Assembly: GCF_006345805.1 (NCBI RefSeq)
Contig: NC_043008.1
Span: 73,222,001-73,286,000 of the forward strand
Length of the DNA stretch: 64,000 nt
DNA from: Octopus sinensis
Taxonomy: Eukaryota
Reading direction: 5' to 3'
Part shown: piece by piece, positions 1 to 13,670 of the stretch
How positions within the stretch are numbered: the stretch's first letter is position 1
Layout of the letters: the number at the start of each line of letters is the position of its first letter
Made by a program: the position numbers and the translations under genes
Notes under the pieces: model-generated
Database searches by the model: none
Told to the model about the DNA's origin: nothing
Seen by the model: only the letters and a program-made list of their open reading frames with translations

Positions 1-88
1 AGTGAGTGTATTAGATTATAAGGCACTAAAAGAGAACGACTCTCCCCAGACACAACAGTATACATATATATATATATATATATATATG

Positions 89-126
<38 letters not shown>

Positions 127-359
127 CACATTCTTGCAGATACATATACATAGATACACATATACATATATATATATTGGGTCATCCCATAAATAATGCA
201 GTATTTTCACTTGCTGGAACTAAAAGTCGGAGGGGTATAGGATAAACTACATGCATCAACTTCCTATAAAAGCAGACAGTAATTTTACCTTGTACTTATT
301 CTTAGTGCAAGTTTTGAAGAGTGCAGTTTGATTTTAACAGTTATTTTTTCAAAGCTATA

Positions 360-1338
360 ATGGAAGTGACAAAGAAACATATTTTGCTTTATGAGTTCAA
401 TAATGGCAACAGGGCAACAGAAAGTGTGAGGAATATTAATGCAGTATATGGGGATCAGACAATAAGCATTAGCCAGTGTCACCGGTGGTTCCAGAAATTC
501 TGAGCCAGAAACTACAGTCTAGAAGATGAACCTCATCCTGGAAGATCTGTAGAGCTCAACGAGGATGTCCTGCAAACTCTGGTGAAACAAAATCCCATCC
601 TAACTGTTGAGGAACTAGCAGAGAAGCTTGGATTTGGTCATTCAACCATTCATCAGCACCTGCATGCCATCGGAATAATCAGCAAAATGGGTGAATGGGT
701 TCCTTACAATCTTCCCAATCTAATCACACACAGAGTGTGAATGTGTGCTCTTCTTTGCTGCCATGTCTTACAAATGAACCTTTTTTGGATTGAAATGGGT
801 TCTCTATAAAAGCATCAAGGGCCGAAGACAGTGGGTAGGAAAAGGAGAAAAACCAGCATCCCAGGCTAAAGAAGGTCTTCACCCACATAAGGTGTTATCT
901 GTTTGGTGGTATATGAAATGTTTCGTCCACTTTAAACTTTTAAACCCAAACCAAATGATAACAAAGGAGATCTACTGCAAGCAGCTTGAGTGACTTAAGT
1001 CAGTACTAGAAGAAACGACCATCTTTGGTTTCAAGATGAAAGGTCCTCTTCCATCAAATAAATGCTCAGTCACATACACTGAGGATGATGTTCCAAAGGC
1101 TGGAGCAGTTTGAATGGGAAACGATACCTCACCCACCATATTCGCCAGACATTATCCCATATGATTATCATTTATTCTGCAGTCTTCAAAATGATTAGGA
1201 GAAAATAGGAATTCTGCAGATGAGGTCAGAACAGTACTGGAGGAGTATTTTTCATAACAGACAAGTGAATTTTAGAAGAGGGGCCTTGCAAGTCTACCAG
1301 ATAGATTGAAGAGCATTGTGGAAAATGAAGGAGAGTAT
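360..1338 (+). pseudogene. Disrupted mariner transposase coding region
   Basis: ATG at 360; ORF-track fragments 321-503 and 790-993; motifs as listed for the element; frame broken repeatedly. Confidence 0.88.
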
Positions 1339-1642
1339 CATCATCATCATCATCATCGTTTAACGTCCGTTCTCCATGCTAGCATGGGTTGGATGGTTCG
1401 ACCGGGGACCTGGGAAGCCAGAAGGCTGCACCAGGCTCCAGTCTTATCTGGCAATGTTTCTACAGCTGGATGCCCTTCCTAACGCCAACCACTCTGTGAG
1501 TGTAGTGGGTGCTTTTTACGTGCCACCTGCACAGGTGCCAGGCGAGGCTGGAAATGGCCATGGTCGGATTGGTGTATTTTATGTGCCACCGGCACGGAAG
1601 CCAGTCGAGGTGGCACTGGCATCGGCAGTCGAGACGGCGCTG
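1339..1642 (-). mobile_element. 5'-truncated RTE LINE 3' UTR copy with (GAT)n tail, inserted in the mariner
   Basis: Nearly identical to the longer copy at 52546-53136, which carries the RTE ORF end. 16-bp duplication aaatgaaggagagtat at 1323-1338 and 1674-1689. Confidence 0.85.
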
Positions 1643-1765
1643 ATTTTAGATTAAAAAGATATTTTATTTATATAAATGAAGGAGAGTATATTTTAGATTA
1701 AAATTTTTTTATAGTAATTTTGAAAAATAAAAGAAGTATTAAAAATCTACTGTATTTATGAGATG

Positions 1766-1833
<68 letters not shown>

Positions 1834-2621
1834 TCCCTGCGTTTCTATTTCCACTTCTTCTATCTGATCTGATGTTATTCAGGTAAAATAAGGGACAATT
1901 TAGAGGATTTATCAATTCATATGTAATACTTGACTCTGTTATTTTCTGACTTCATATCTATAGGAAAACCATTTCAAATAGCAATCATTATTTGGATTTT
2001 AATGCTAAGCATCACTGTCTAACATAATGTTGCCTCTCATACTGTATGTTTGTTTCTCAAGTTTTAAATTGACCTGTTGATTATTATACATAGAGGTGTG
2101 CTGTTTAAGAAAACTGTCATGCCATAATATCTATCCATTACTTTATTTGTCTGTCTGTCTCTCTGTCTCTCTGTTTAACAGCTTATCTTTGTGATTCTCT
2201 TTGCACATAGATGCATACACATACATGTATAAATTCACTTAAGCAAACGTTTAAATTACTTCCAGATATCCACCATTTTAATAAAAACCAGAGACATTCA
2301 GTCAATGTAGACACAGTTCTCAATATCAGGGTTTCCTTAATTCACAGTATAAACTATAGTATGTTTATTCAGGCTGTTGAATATTCAAAACTGAATTTTT
2401 TATGTACTCTGACTAATTTGGTCTCCTAGAATTATCTTCTACATACTGTTTAAGCTTTTGTAAATAAACACATGTCAAATAGACATTTTTAATGAAAGAT
2501 TGTAAAGAAAGTACCATCTTTATATTGGGTTGCATGTTTGGGAAGTGTCTATTTCATTTTAAACACAACTGAAATTGCTCCTTTTAAAAATCAATGGAGC
2601 TTGAGAAAACTTACACAAAAT

Positions 2622-3085
2622 CATCATCATCATCATCGTTTAACATCTGCTTTCCATGCTAGCATGGGTTGGACGATTTGACTGAGGTCTGGTGAACCAG
2701 ATGGCTGCACCAGACTCCAATCTGATCTGGCAGAGTTTCTGTAGTTGGATGCCCTTCCTAATGCCATAAACTCCGAGAGTGTAGTGGGTGCTTTTACGTG
2801 CCACCGGCACGAGGGCCAGTCAGGCGGTACTGGCAATGGTCATACTCAAATGGTGCTTTTTATGTGCCACCTGCACAGGAGCCAGTCCAGCGGCACAGGC
2901 AATGATCTTGCTTGAATGTTTTTTCATGTGCCACCAGCACAAGTGCTAGTAAGGCGACGCAGGTAACGATCATGCTCAAATGGTGTTTTTAACGTGCCAT
3001 CAGCATGGAGGCCACCTTGTTGCTCTGGCCACAATCTCACTTGTATGGTGCTCTTAGCACTCCACAAGCACAGATGCCAGTCATT
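2622..3085 (-). mobile_element. RTE-type 3' UTR repeat (related subfamily) with internal ~50-bp tandem subrepeats
   Basis: catcatcatcgtttaac start, ggatgcccttcctaatgcc motif, repeated gtgcttttacgtgccacc units. Confidence 0.8.
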
Positions 3086-5055
3086 GAATTAATGTATGAT
3101 TATGTTTTTATGTCTATGTTTGTAGGTATGATTATGTTTGAATATATGATTATGCTTTAAAGCAATGCTCATTTAAGAATTTAACTTTTGAATAACTGTT
3201 GTCTTTTGTATATCAACAAATATATTGCAGCTTTTGAAATGCAATAAGAATTTTGGTGCAATGCAGTTCCATGTAAGAAGCTCTATTATTAGAGTTGGAA
3301 GCTTTTTAGAATTAAATTGTTAATCCAAAATGCAAAATTATTACAACACAAATAGTTAATCTTGTTAAAATTTCAATTAAAAATCTCATGATAGCAATGG
3401 TTTCTCAGAAAATGAAATGAGAGGAAATTTTAAAAGTCTCTAGTTATATGTTCTTGAATTTAAACTAAATGCTGGATTTTAAGGTTGGCAGAATAAGAGG
3501 GGGCAGCACATTTTATTTCATCTATAAAACTGCAATTATAATAATGAGAATCTATAGCCTCAGCTGACTCTGGTAATTACATATACTCGCTAATATCAAA
3601 GGTGGAAATTGGTAGAATAATGTGAAAGTGGTGGTGTGAATTAATGTTCATAGGTTCATGGTGAATAATATGTAATGAAGTTTTCACTAATGACAAAATT
3701 CATTCATCACATATAAAATGAAATTAAAATAAAAAATCATTTACTTGATATATATGCATATATATATGTGTGTGTGTGTAAGAGTGTGTGTGTGTGTGTG
3801 TGTGTGTGCATATGTGTGTGTGTGCATGTGCACACATATATATATATTGATTATATATTTATTGATATATAGTCAATACAAATATACATGCACATTTTAT
3901 ATCTATACACACATATTACATACATACACAGACAGACACATGCACTCACTCACACATACATACACACACACATACCTACATACACACACACACACATACA
4001 TACATACATGCATACATACATACATATGTATTATATAGGCATAAAATCATATAAGATCTGTAAAAAAACAAAAATAATGGTAACAGGTACAAGACAATGA
4101 GTTCTGAAGAGAGTCCCTACATAAATGTCACAATGTATGTGGGTTTATGCCTTTGCATTTTAGTGTGATATATGTGTGTATGTATATGTACTTGTGTATA
4201 GATGAGTGTATACTCATGTACATATGCTTGTATGTTAATGTAAGAATTTGCATGTATGTGCATGCATGTGAAAATCTGTGCATGTGAACATGTACTGTGT
4301 GTATTGGTGAACATAATTGTCTGAAAGATAACCTATATCTGGTTTAACTCTTTTAGTTGATATCTCTTTCTTAAAATTTTAATATAATCACACTAGCATG
4401 CTGTCACAAGCACATAAGTGCATTCAAATAACCCCACACATACATAACTATACATCCATCCAATTTCAGAGCCATGTAGACTTGCTGTTACACAGTAACA
4501 CATCTACATCAGTACAAAGTCATGCACCAAACCATCAAAATTAGAATGACACATACGTATCCACAGTGCCACATACTCACACAATGTCACAGTCTCATAC
4601 CTTTCTCATAACTCCACAACCACATTGTCAGTGAACCACAAAACTACAGGACTACAGGTTCATATTCACTGACTCACACAATTATAAAATCATTTACCTA
4701 TGCAATGGCACTCACACAGAGAATCACACAATGTGTAAAAATAAAACCACACTGACAGATAATCTGATAACTACACAACCACACTGCTGGTTAACCACAA
4801 AACCTTACAGGCACAGTGACAGTCAATTACACACAACCAGGATGTCAGTGAGTTACAAAATCACACAACAATACATACTGGCAGTTAACCACACACACAC
4901 ACACTCAAAATCATGCTACGGTACTCCTACACACATACAGAGCCATACAATATGTAAACACTCTATACACAAAACCACACAACCAAACTGCCACACTGTC
5001 ATACAGTCATGCAACTATACAGAGACAGAAAATGATAAACTATTCAACAACTTAC

Positions 5056-5085
5056 AATGATTCCAGCAGCCAATTATGGCAATTC
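5056..5085 (-). CDS. Candidate 30-nt micro-exon (phase 1-1, RIAIIGCWNH) of the unidentified minus-strand gene
   Basis: Minus strand tgtttttttgatttgcag|GAATTGCC...AATCATT|gtaagt. Phase-compatible with exon 12451-12530. Could instead be part of a decayed TE coding fragment (5056-5380). Confidence 0.35.
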
Positions 5086-5399
5086 CTGCAAATCAAAAAA
5101 ACATCTTCCATTATTCTCAGCAACATTTATATCTTTGATTCTTTCAGATCTTTGACAATGATTAATTCTTTGACAAAAAGAATGCTTAATAATATTTCCA
5201 AACAATAGAAATTTTCTCGGGGTTTGACCATACCAATTCCGTTGAACCTTTGTACTTCTTTTTTTATTAACAACTTCCAAAAGTTGGTGTTAAATCTTTT
5301 ATATTTCATCCAATCGGGAATTTTTTGTATTTTTTGTATGGAAAATGAACAGCGTTTCTTTGCTCAGGCTTTGACATACTCATTAATCTTAATTACTCT

Positions 5400-5508
5400 G
5401 AGAAATACAAATATATATATGCACACACATATATAGTATACATGTGTGTAGTATGTGTGTGTATAAATATATATATATATACACACACACACACATACAT
5501 ACACACAT

Positions 5509-5559
<51 letters not shown>

Positions 5560-5744
5560 CACACACATATATATGTATATGTATACACACATACATATAT
5601 GTGTGTGTCTGTGTGTGTCTGTATGTGTACACATATTTGTACTTGCTTACAAATATACATACATATATACATGTATATATATACATATATATATTCATAT
5701 ATATATATTTATATATATATATGTGTGTATATATATATGTGTGT

Positions 5745-5816
<72 letters not shown>

Positions 5817-5840
5817 TATACATATACATATACATACAAT
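5400..5840. repeat. Compound (TA)n/(CA)n/(TACA)n microsatellite
   Basis: Direct reading of the sequence. Confidence 0.95.
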
Positions 5841-5989
5841 GGCTGTCCAATCAAGACTGAAAAAGATCATCACTGTCCAGTAAGATCATTGTGAACTGAA
5901 ACAAATTTATATTTTACACATGAGGGTCCACTGGCAACTAATGACCTCAGCCTTTTATACACACATACATATTTACAGATATTGTAGAC

Positions 5990-6720
5990 GAGGATTCCCC
6001 CATTCCCTATAGTGATGGTGCATTTTCGTGCAGCTCATTCAAATTCTGTGTTGAACAATACGTGCTTTTGAAAATACCTACTTCTTACTTTATTTGCTTC
6101 CTGCATTGGTGGTGACAACATTCCATTTTCGCATGCCTTAAATTGTAATCTTGTTTTTTGCTGTATGTGCATTCCAGAAACAAGTTCACCTAATAGTATC
6201 TACATACTTATCCTCCAATCACTCATCAAAAAAGTGGTTTCCAGTCAAGTTCAATGGGTACTTGTACACTATCAACTCAATGCTAAGGATACTGAAATCC
6301 ACAAGGAGTAGCCAACGTCTGGAATGCGTCTCAGATATCTGTGATGGAAGCATTCAAGGACCCTTATGTGATGCCAGTTGAGTCCACGTTTCACATGAGT
6401 AAAGAAGGAATATCAGCACAGATGCACAGTACACAGCAAGTTTTGTTTACCTTGTGGATGTCATGTTGGGACCAGACACAAGACTCAAGAACCCTGAAGC
6501 AATCACATGCCTTCTGAAGCCTTAAAGATACTTCGTCATCCAAGAGTAAGAATAGCTGAGTGTGCTGCCCGGATAAACAAACTTGTCTGCCATCTTCAGA
6601 ACTGTTTCTTCAAATAAGATAGATGGTTTCACATATAGGTTTCAATAAGAGACTGAAGACTTATCAAATTGTTAGCTACTTGAAACAAGTTGAAGCGATG
6701 ACCTGAAGATCAGTATCTCA
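5990..6720 (-). mobile_element. Decayed RTE/BovB-type LINE, RT C-terminal region
   Basis: Minus translation LKMADKFVYPGSTLS..LDDEVSLRLQKACDCFRVLESCVWSQHDI..LYSCETWT..RVLECFHHRYLRRI. Weak similarity may extend to about 7050. Confidence 0.8.
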
Positions 6721-7105
6721 TACATATCTCAGAATAGCAATCCACAGCAAAAATATGAGAAAGAGTAACAGGGAAATACAAAGTAAAGTGAGTTTGCTTA
6801 ATAAAGTGAGCAGTGCACATTCCATCTTTACTAAGTACTTAACCAAGAGTTAATTTACTTATTGCTGTTACTATCTCATCTACTGAAGCATGCAGAATTC
6901 AATGAGATGATGACAAGTCTTAGCTGAATAATGTTAATAACTTGCATCATCTACAACCTACTCATAAGTTAGATGTTCAGAAAAATGTTAAATCCAGCAA
7001 CCTGTGATTTCTGTTGATTTTATAAGTAGGGTAGAGCTCTTTTGGGAAACCAAATGCACAATTCACAGCCCCATATATATATAGCTATATACATGCGTGT
7101 ATGGC

Positions 7106-7155
<50 letters not shown>

Positions 7156-7455
7156 TATCAGAGGGTATAATTATACCCTTGCTAGAAAGTTGAAGTAAAA
7201 CTCCCAATTTAACCACCAATCACACTGAAGATATGCAACGGACACACAGAAATTGGGCAAATGAGTAGAATTTGACATTCTATTTCAGCTAAAACGTCAT
7301 AGAATGGGTTTTTATTTCAGCTTCCTAGCAAGCTGGCACTTCGTGTAACCTCTAATATAATGATGAATTTATTGTAAAGTTGTTTAATGCTAATATTGCT
7401 TGCTGCCACTAATATTATTATTGTTGCTATTATCAATTATTTAGATTTGCCACTG

Positions 7456-7555
<100 letters not shown>

Positions 7556-8310
7556 TGGTGATGGTGATGATGATAGAAGAAACAAAATAAAGAAGAGTTC
7601 TATTGTTATCAAGTGAACGATATTTCGGCATCTAGTGTGCCTTCCACATATTAGAAAAACAAACTTGTTAATCTACTTCATATTTGGTAATATTTTATAG
7701 GATTGAGGTAACTCCTCCAGTAGGTATACAGAAGCAAAACAAGAAGAGTGCCATTGTTATCAAGTGACTAATAATAATAGCAATAATAATAATGAAAGAA
7801 GAATGCCATTGTTATCAAGAGGCTAATAATAATAACAACATTTTTATGAATATTCATTTAGATATTTACTCATTGATATATATATATATATATTGTGCAG
7901 TGAAATTGTTTTGAATTTGGTGTGAGACTATTCAAGACATAACGGATTATAATGAGGCGAGATGGATTTTTTCATTTTAGGTACAGCAAGACCTGCTGGG
8001 GAGAATTGAGGCACAAGCCACAATTTGAAATCGTGATCCAGGTATATCTGTTACCTCATTCTATAGCTTTTTAGTTGAGATAGTATGTTAAATTCTGCTC
8101 GTTTGCCCAATCTCTGTTGGTCCGTTGTATATTTTCAGTGAGATTGGTAGTTAAGTTGAGGGGTTTTATTTTCATTTTTTTAGCAAGCTGGTGCTTTGTG
8201 TACCCTCGAATATAATTATGAATTTATTGTATAGTTGTTTAATGCTAATATTGCTTGCTGCCACTAATGTTATTGCTGTTGTTATTATCAATTATTTAGA
8301 TTTCCTGCTG

Positions 8311-8376
<66 letters not shown>

Positions 8377-8430
8377 TCTTTATGACTATTCATTTGAATA
8401 TTAACTCATTTTTATATCTGTATGTATATG

Positions 8431-8466
<36 letters not shown>

Positions 8467-8679
8467 TACATAGCTAAGTATGTGTATGTAAACACCCACA
8501 CACACACACACATATACATTTATATACATACACACATACACACATGTATAAATATATATAAATTTATAATTAAGGGGATCTAAAAGATACCACCATGCTA
8601 GATATAGCAGCCAAAACTTGACTCTAAAACCACGTTAAATGTTCATACAGCATGCCAAAAGAAGACTAGACATATATAT

Positions 8680-9015
8680 GTTTCTCAAAGACTTGAAGAC
8701 AGTATTATCAACATGAAATGCAACCTCTCTTGGACTCTTCACTGCTACATCACATCACATTTCAAAGGCTATGCATTTGCAATCCAAGAACAGGAGATTG
8801 CTATGAAATGCTTAATAAAAAAGGGGACTGTGGAGTACCTGGATCTCCAAGATGTCACCAAAAATGTAGTTTATGTTATATTTCTGTGAAAGATATCACA
8901 CATGTGATTAACAGCTGCCCAAAAATGCCAAAATCAAAGAGAAAGAGGATAACTATGGATAACTGCTTTGAAACTTCCAGCTTCTATATACAGATTACAA
9001 ATTTACATTTATACT
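8680..9015 (+). mobile_element. Internally deleted R4/Dong-like (RLE) LINE fragment
   Basis: HFKGYAFAIQEQEIA, then CSLCYISVKDITHVINSCPKM (CCHC knuckle), joined directly to the KEKEDNYG..LYTDYKF region. Same family as 50025-50870. Confidence 0.75.
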
Positions 9016-9056
9016 AATAATAATTGGTGCACTTGTTTTTGTAAGTAAATATTTAA

Positions 9057-9276
9057 CCCTTTCGTTACTGTATTTATTTTGAGATGTCCTGTGTTTCTTT
9101 CAATTACTTTAAATATCACAAAGAATTTAGTAAAATAACTCAGTTATCATTCAGCTAGTGTTAGGAACATAAATTGTGACTAAGGTTTGGTGGAAGATTT
9201 TAATTCAAAACTGATGTTAACAAGTCATTTATACTCAGAGCCAGAGCTGGTTTCAGCCAGGTTGGTAATGAAAAGG
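9057..9276. mobile_element. piggyBac-like MITE
   Basis: TTAA|CCCTTTCGTTAC at the left end; degenerate inverse GTAATGAAAAGG|TT at the right end; 220 bp, non-coding. Confidence 0.6.
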
Positions 9277-10215
9277 TTGTTACAAGTGAAGGTTTTCGGA
9301 AAAAGATATCAGTCAACTAACTTGTATATTATATGTATAATCTGTAATTGGAATAGTAGAATTATGCAAAACTTTTCTCAAGCTTAAAATGTGACATTGT
9401 TTTTGTTATCTATATTACAGTAATGAACTTTTCTTTCTTTGTTAGAAATGAGCTCTTACCTCAGAGAAAAATTAAGTGATTAAATAACAGAAGTAAACAC
9501 ACACATACATAATATATAACTTTCAGTTTTTGTCAACTAAATCCACTCACAAGGCTTTGGTTAATCTGAGACTATAGTAGAAGATACTCACCCAAAGTGC
9601 CTTGTAGTGGGGCTGGAATTAGAACCATGTAGTTGGGAAACAAGCTTCTCATTCACAAAGCAATACCTGCATGGCAAAGAACTTGACACAAAACATTTAA
9701 CTCTGGAAATGAAATGTGACATTTCTGTTCCCTTCTTTTTGTTCTTTCACTTCATGTCAATAGAAGATCTTGTTGTTGTGCACAATCAAAAAGTGGCAAC
9801 CTACATTAGTTTCCAGCTAACTTCTGTAATTACATTTATATTATGGGTGGAGTTGAACCAGAAAACCTTTCACACTCTAAAAGTAGTTTCAAGTAAATGA
9901 ACTTCTCACTAAAGCTACAACTGGCTGGCAGCTTGTTTTAGTCGATGCCTGCTCAAAAAACGTTCTTTATTGAAGATTACATAGAAGGATTCTATATTTG
10001 TACTTGTTACTATGTTCTTAATAATGATAACTGGGGTGCGATGGGTGTACCTACAGATATATACTCTCTCCTTGTTTGATTTCCTATAAAAGAAGTGCTT
10101 GTGTGTCATAAGATCTAATTAAGATCACTGAAAGAACGCCCATTAGTTTTGTGGAAATATATTTAAGCACAGATTTTTGAATGCACCTATTTAGTTTTAC
10201 ATATATATATATATA

Positions 10216-10737
10216 CCGTAAATCCTCATGTATAATCTGCATTTTTTCCCAAAATTTGAAGGTCAAAATCCCTAGTGCGTAATATATACGAAGTTAAAAA
10301 TGAAAAGCATTTTCTAAGCAATGTCCGAGTCTCTATTTGTTGTCTGGCAATGTTTATTCAGACGCATTTTGTAATGTCGGGCCCGAAAATACCTTAAGCT
10401 AAGCCTGAAAGCAATGAAGTCATAAAAGGATCATCCATAACTTGCAGTAAGCAACATTTATTAAAATAAAAGTATTCAGAACACAGAAAAACATGTAACA
10501 AAAACAATTTGCAAACATATTTACATTCCCATATAACAGTTAAGAACATCACCATTATTGTATTACACATGCACGGAAGTGTTTGCTTGACTAGGTGCTG
10601 CTGGCTTAATTACGCACAACTCAAGTTAGAGAAGGGATGTGTATTATACACAAGGTTTAGGTTTTTCAGAAGTACAGCCCCTGCAAAAATCCTCTGCGTA
10701 TTGTACTCAAGGGCGAACTATGCTCGAGGATTTATGG
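10216..10737. mobile_element. Non-autonomous Tc1/mariner-superfamily (pogo-like) MITE
   Basis: TA|ccgtaaatcctcatgtataat ... actatgctcgaggatttatgg|TA inverted termini with TA duplication. Confidence 0.8.
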
Positions 10738-10759
10738 TATATATATTCTAATTTTGGCA

Positions 10760-10935
10760 CAAGGTTAGCAATTTTGAGGGAAGGGGCTTAGCAGATTACA
10801 TCCCCTTCCAGTGTTTAACTGGTACTTTTTTATTGAAGCTGAAATGCTGAAAGGCAAAGTTGACATCAGTAGCATTTGAACTCAGAACATCAAGAGCCAG
10901 AAGAAATGCTACTAAGCATTATCAATTCTACCAGC
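10760..10935 (-). mobile_element. tRNA-type SINE family B, decayed copy
   Basis: Homologous to 35695-35898 (gaaaggcaaagtcgacc..atttgaactcagaac). Confidence 0.65.
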
Positions 10936-11507
10936 TTACCTCATATATCTGCATGTGTTTTTCTGCTGTCTCTACCTATGCTTTTACTTCATCAGCTATC
11001 TCAACATTGACATATCCTTTAACACTCAACAGTGCTCAGTGATGTTCAACACCTGGAAGTATATCCATTCTATCTCTGCTGTGGACTACAGAGGAAATAC
11101 TATGAGATTCCAAAAATTACTTCCCTTGAGCATAACACTGTACTTTATATAACATTATTACTAACCTCAGAGAAACAACATTTTTACACCAAAAAACCTC
11201 AAACACAGCACACACAGAAACATACAAACCGTAAATACATACAAACACTCACATGCACACATAAAATGTCAGTCCTAACAAAGTGTTCACCAAAACAAGC
11301 AGAAAAGCTTTGTTATGTAATATTTACAGAGAAAATAGAAATTTTTCTGGCATCAACAAACTAAAACCTCATCAATAAAACTGTGAAACAAAAAATATTT
11401 TTCCTCAGTTTAACTGTAAATGTGTGTATGTGAGTGTGCATATGCATCTATGTGTGTGTGCTTTATATACATACATGTATGTATATGTATGTATATATAT
11501 ATGTATG

Positions 11508-11563
<56 letters not shown>

Positions 11564-12084
11564 TAGCTGCATGTCATGTATATGTCATTTATATGTGTAT
11601 ATATGTTTTATATTCATATATAAATTTTTATGTAATATATATAGTTATGTATAGGATATATGTATATATATGTGTATGTATATATGTGTGTATGTGTATA
11701 TGTATGTATGTATATATGTATATATGTGTGTGTGTGCATGAGTGAATTTGTGCATGTATGTATGTATATATATTTATATAAGTATACTTATGTGTATATA
11801 TACTTACTACAGAATTAGTTGAACAACTTAAATTGCTCTCCTCACCCCCACTGTCTATATTCACCTCCCTCTCCTCCATGCACAAATATTTGTTTTTACT
11901 TACCTAACACTATTATTTTTTCTGTTTCTGTGTTTTTTTCATATATATTTACACTCCATATACATTTTTAATACCTTTCTTATATATCTTTACCATTCTT
12001 AGTTTTTTTCTGTGCGTGTGTATGGGGGGTAGTGTGTATGTGTGTGTGTGTGTGTGTTGTTTTTATCCTCTTTCTCTTTCTTCT

Positions 12085-12260
12085 CTTCCTCATGTAATCT
12101 TGTAACGGTAATGGTGGAAATGAAGAATTCAAATCTCCAGTGTAAGCAAACAAACTCTTTAGCGTCCCTATTCAATGCTAAGACTCTTTTAGTCTCGTAA
12201 ATCTTTTCATTTTGGAGGAAATCAATGCCATGTGATTGCTACAGGCAACACCACTTAATC
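12085..12260 (-). mobile_element. Probable PLE GIY-YIG C-terminal remnant
   Basis: Minus translation IYETKRVLALNRD resembles the end of PLE endonucleases; short and decayed. Confidence 0.3.
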
Positions 12261-12450
12261 ACCCTATTTTTTATCAATAAATTGATTACACAAATGCTAT
12301 ATAAGTTCAATTATTGATTAACAGGGACTATTATCGGTGATATTTATTCATGTTTCATACAAGTTCTTCCACCATATTTAGTTAATTGAAGATTCTTTCT
12401 AAGAGAATATGTGGCCATATAGTGTTAAAAGAAGACAGTAAAACACTTAC

Positions 12451-12530
12451 TGTGTAAATGGCTGCCACTCTTGGCTGAACGAAACAATGGCCAGATTATT
12501 TTACAGATTGGACCAGTGTCTGTTCTGGCT
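12451..12530 (-). CDS. Candidate internal exon (80 nt, phase 2-1): ARTDTGPICKIIWPLFRSAKSGSHLH
   Basis: Minus strand ...tatattcag|AGCCAGAAC...TTTACACA|gtaagt. Only one of three frames is open. Unique, non-repetitive sequence. Protein not recognised. Confidence 0.55.
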
Positions 12531-12921
12531 CTGAATATATAGATTATCTCTTAGAAACAGTCACCGTCAATGGATAATAGATGATCTTTCTTTCTCTCTC
12601 TCTCTCCCTCTGAAGGATGTCACTTTCTCTCTCTTTCTCTATTTGTATCACTGTATCTGTCTCTCTTTTTTATGGTCTTTATCGCACTACATAAATCTCT
12701 TTGACCACTGGTTTATGTATTTGATTTCATATCGCTTATATTCATTTTGTCTTTCCATTTTACTCTTTGTATGTGTCACACATCGACATACACTCTCACA
12801 TTTTCAATGTCTTCTTCTTCTTCTTCTTCTTTCTTCTTCTTCTTCTTCTTCTTCTTCTTCTTCTTCTTTTTTCTCTCTCTCTTTCTCTCAATATTCAGAC
12901 AAGTATGCACACACGTACACA

Positions 12922-12995
<74 letters not shown>

Positions 12996-13159
12996 TACAG
13001 AAATTTTGTCTTGAAATTACTCAGGCTGTTGATGGGGTAGCTCAGCGAGGAACATTGAGGTGTACAGATGTCTAGCCTGGATAGAGCTGAAGGATTTGAA
13101 GAATAGCAGTAACTGCAACCTCTCTAGGCATCTCATGGAAAGAATTTTCAAAGCAGCAA

Positions 13160-13670
13160 TGAAGATAACCAGGCATGTGTACCCTTAATATTGTTCTCAG
13201 AGGTGTGCCATTCTGTGTCATTCAGCATGACACAGAATGTGACAACGCTGGCCCTTTGAAATCCAAGTATTACTCACTTTTTGCCAGGTGAATGGAGTGG
13301 AGCATCCTTGTTGACGTCATCATCATCATCATCGTTTAACGTCCATTTTCCATGTTAGCATATGTTGGACGGTTCGACTGGGTTTGGAAAGCTAGCGGCT
13401 GCACTAGGCTCCAGTCTGATCTGGCAATGCTTCTACAGCTTGATGCCCTTTCTAATGCCAACCACTCCGAGAGTGTAGCGGGTGCTTTTTACCTATCATC
13501 AGTACAGGAGCCAGTCAGGCGTCCCTGACATTGATCATATTCAAATAGTGCCTTTTACATGGGAGCCACTGAAATAAAGTGTCTTGCTCAAGAAAACACA
13601 CCACTGGGAATGAAACGCATGATCTTACAGTTATGAGCCAAATACTCTAACCACCAAACCATGAGCTTTC
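13160..13670 (-). mobile_element. tRNA/CORE-like SINE family C, interrupted at about 13311-13560 by an RTE 3' UTR copy
   Basis: gaaataaagtgtcttgctcaag and catgacacagaatgtgac segments match 42120-42430. The (CAT)n-gtttaacgtcc repeat lies between them. Confidence 0.7.

Larger units (their letters stand above)
177..1771 (+). mobile_element. Mariner (DD34D-type) DNA transposon, full length but decayed and interrupted by an RTE 3' UTR insertion
   Basis: Imperfect TIRs ttgggtcatcccataaata (177) and tatttatgagatgacccta (to 1771), flanked by TA. Transposase remnants: MEVTKKHILLYEF..GNRATESVRNINAVYG..CHRWFQKF (HTH), EDEPHPGRS, WVPYNL, WVLY, LHPHKVLSVWW, HPPYSPDIIPYDYHLF, VENEGEYILD*. Multiple stops and frameshifts. 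Confidence 0.92.

Noticed and set aside
1376-1654. Apparently conserved 92-aa ORF (MLAWVG...) also at 52703-53092
   Set aside because: It is the antisense reading of the RTE 3' UTR; the similarity reflects recent copy age, not protein constraint.
10940-11090. Minus-strand protein-like frame with TGA/TAG stops that A-to-I editing could in principle recode
   Set aside because: Two stops, a weak acceptor and no recognisable homology; a decayed sequence is the simpler explanation.
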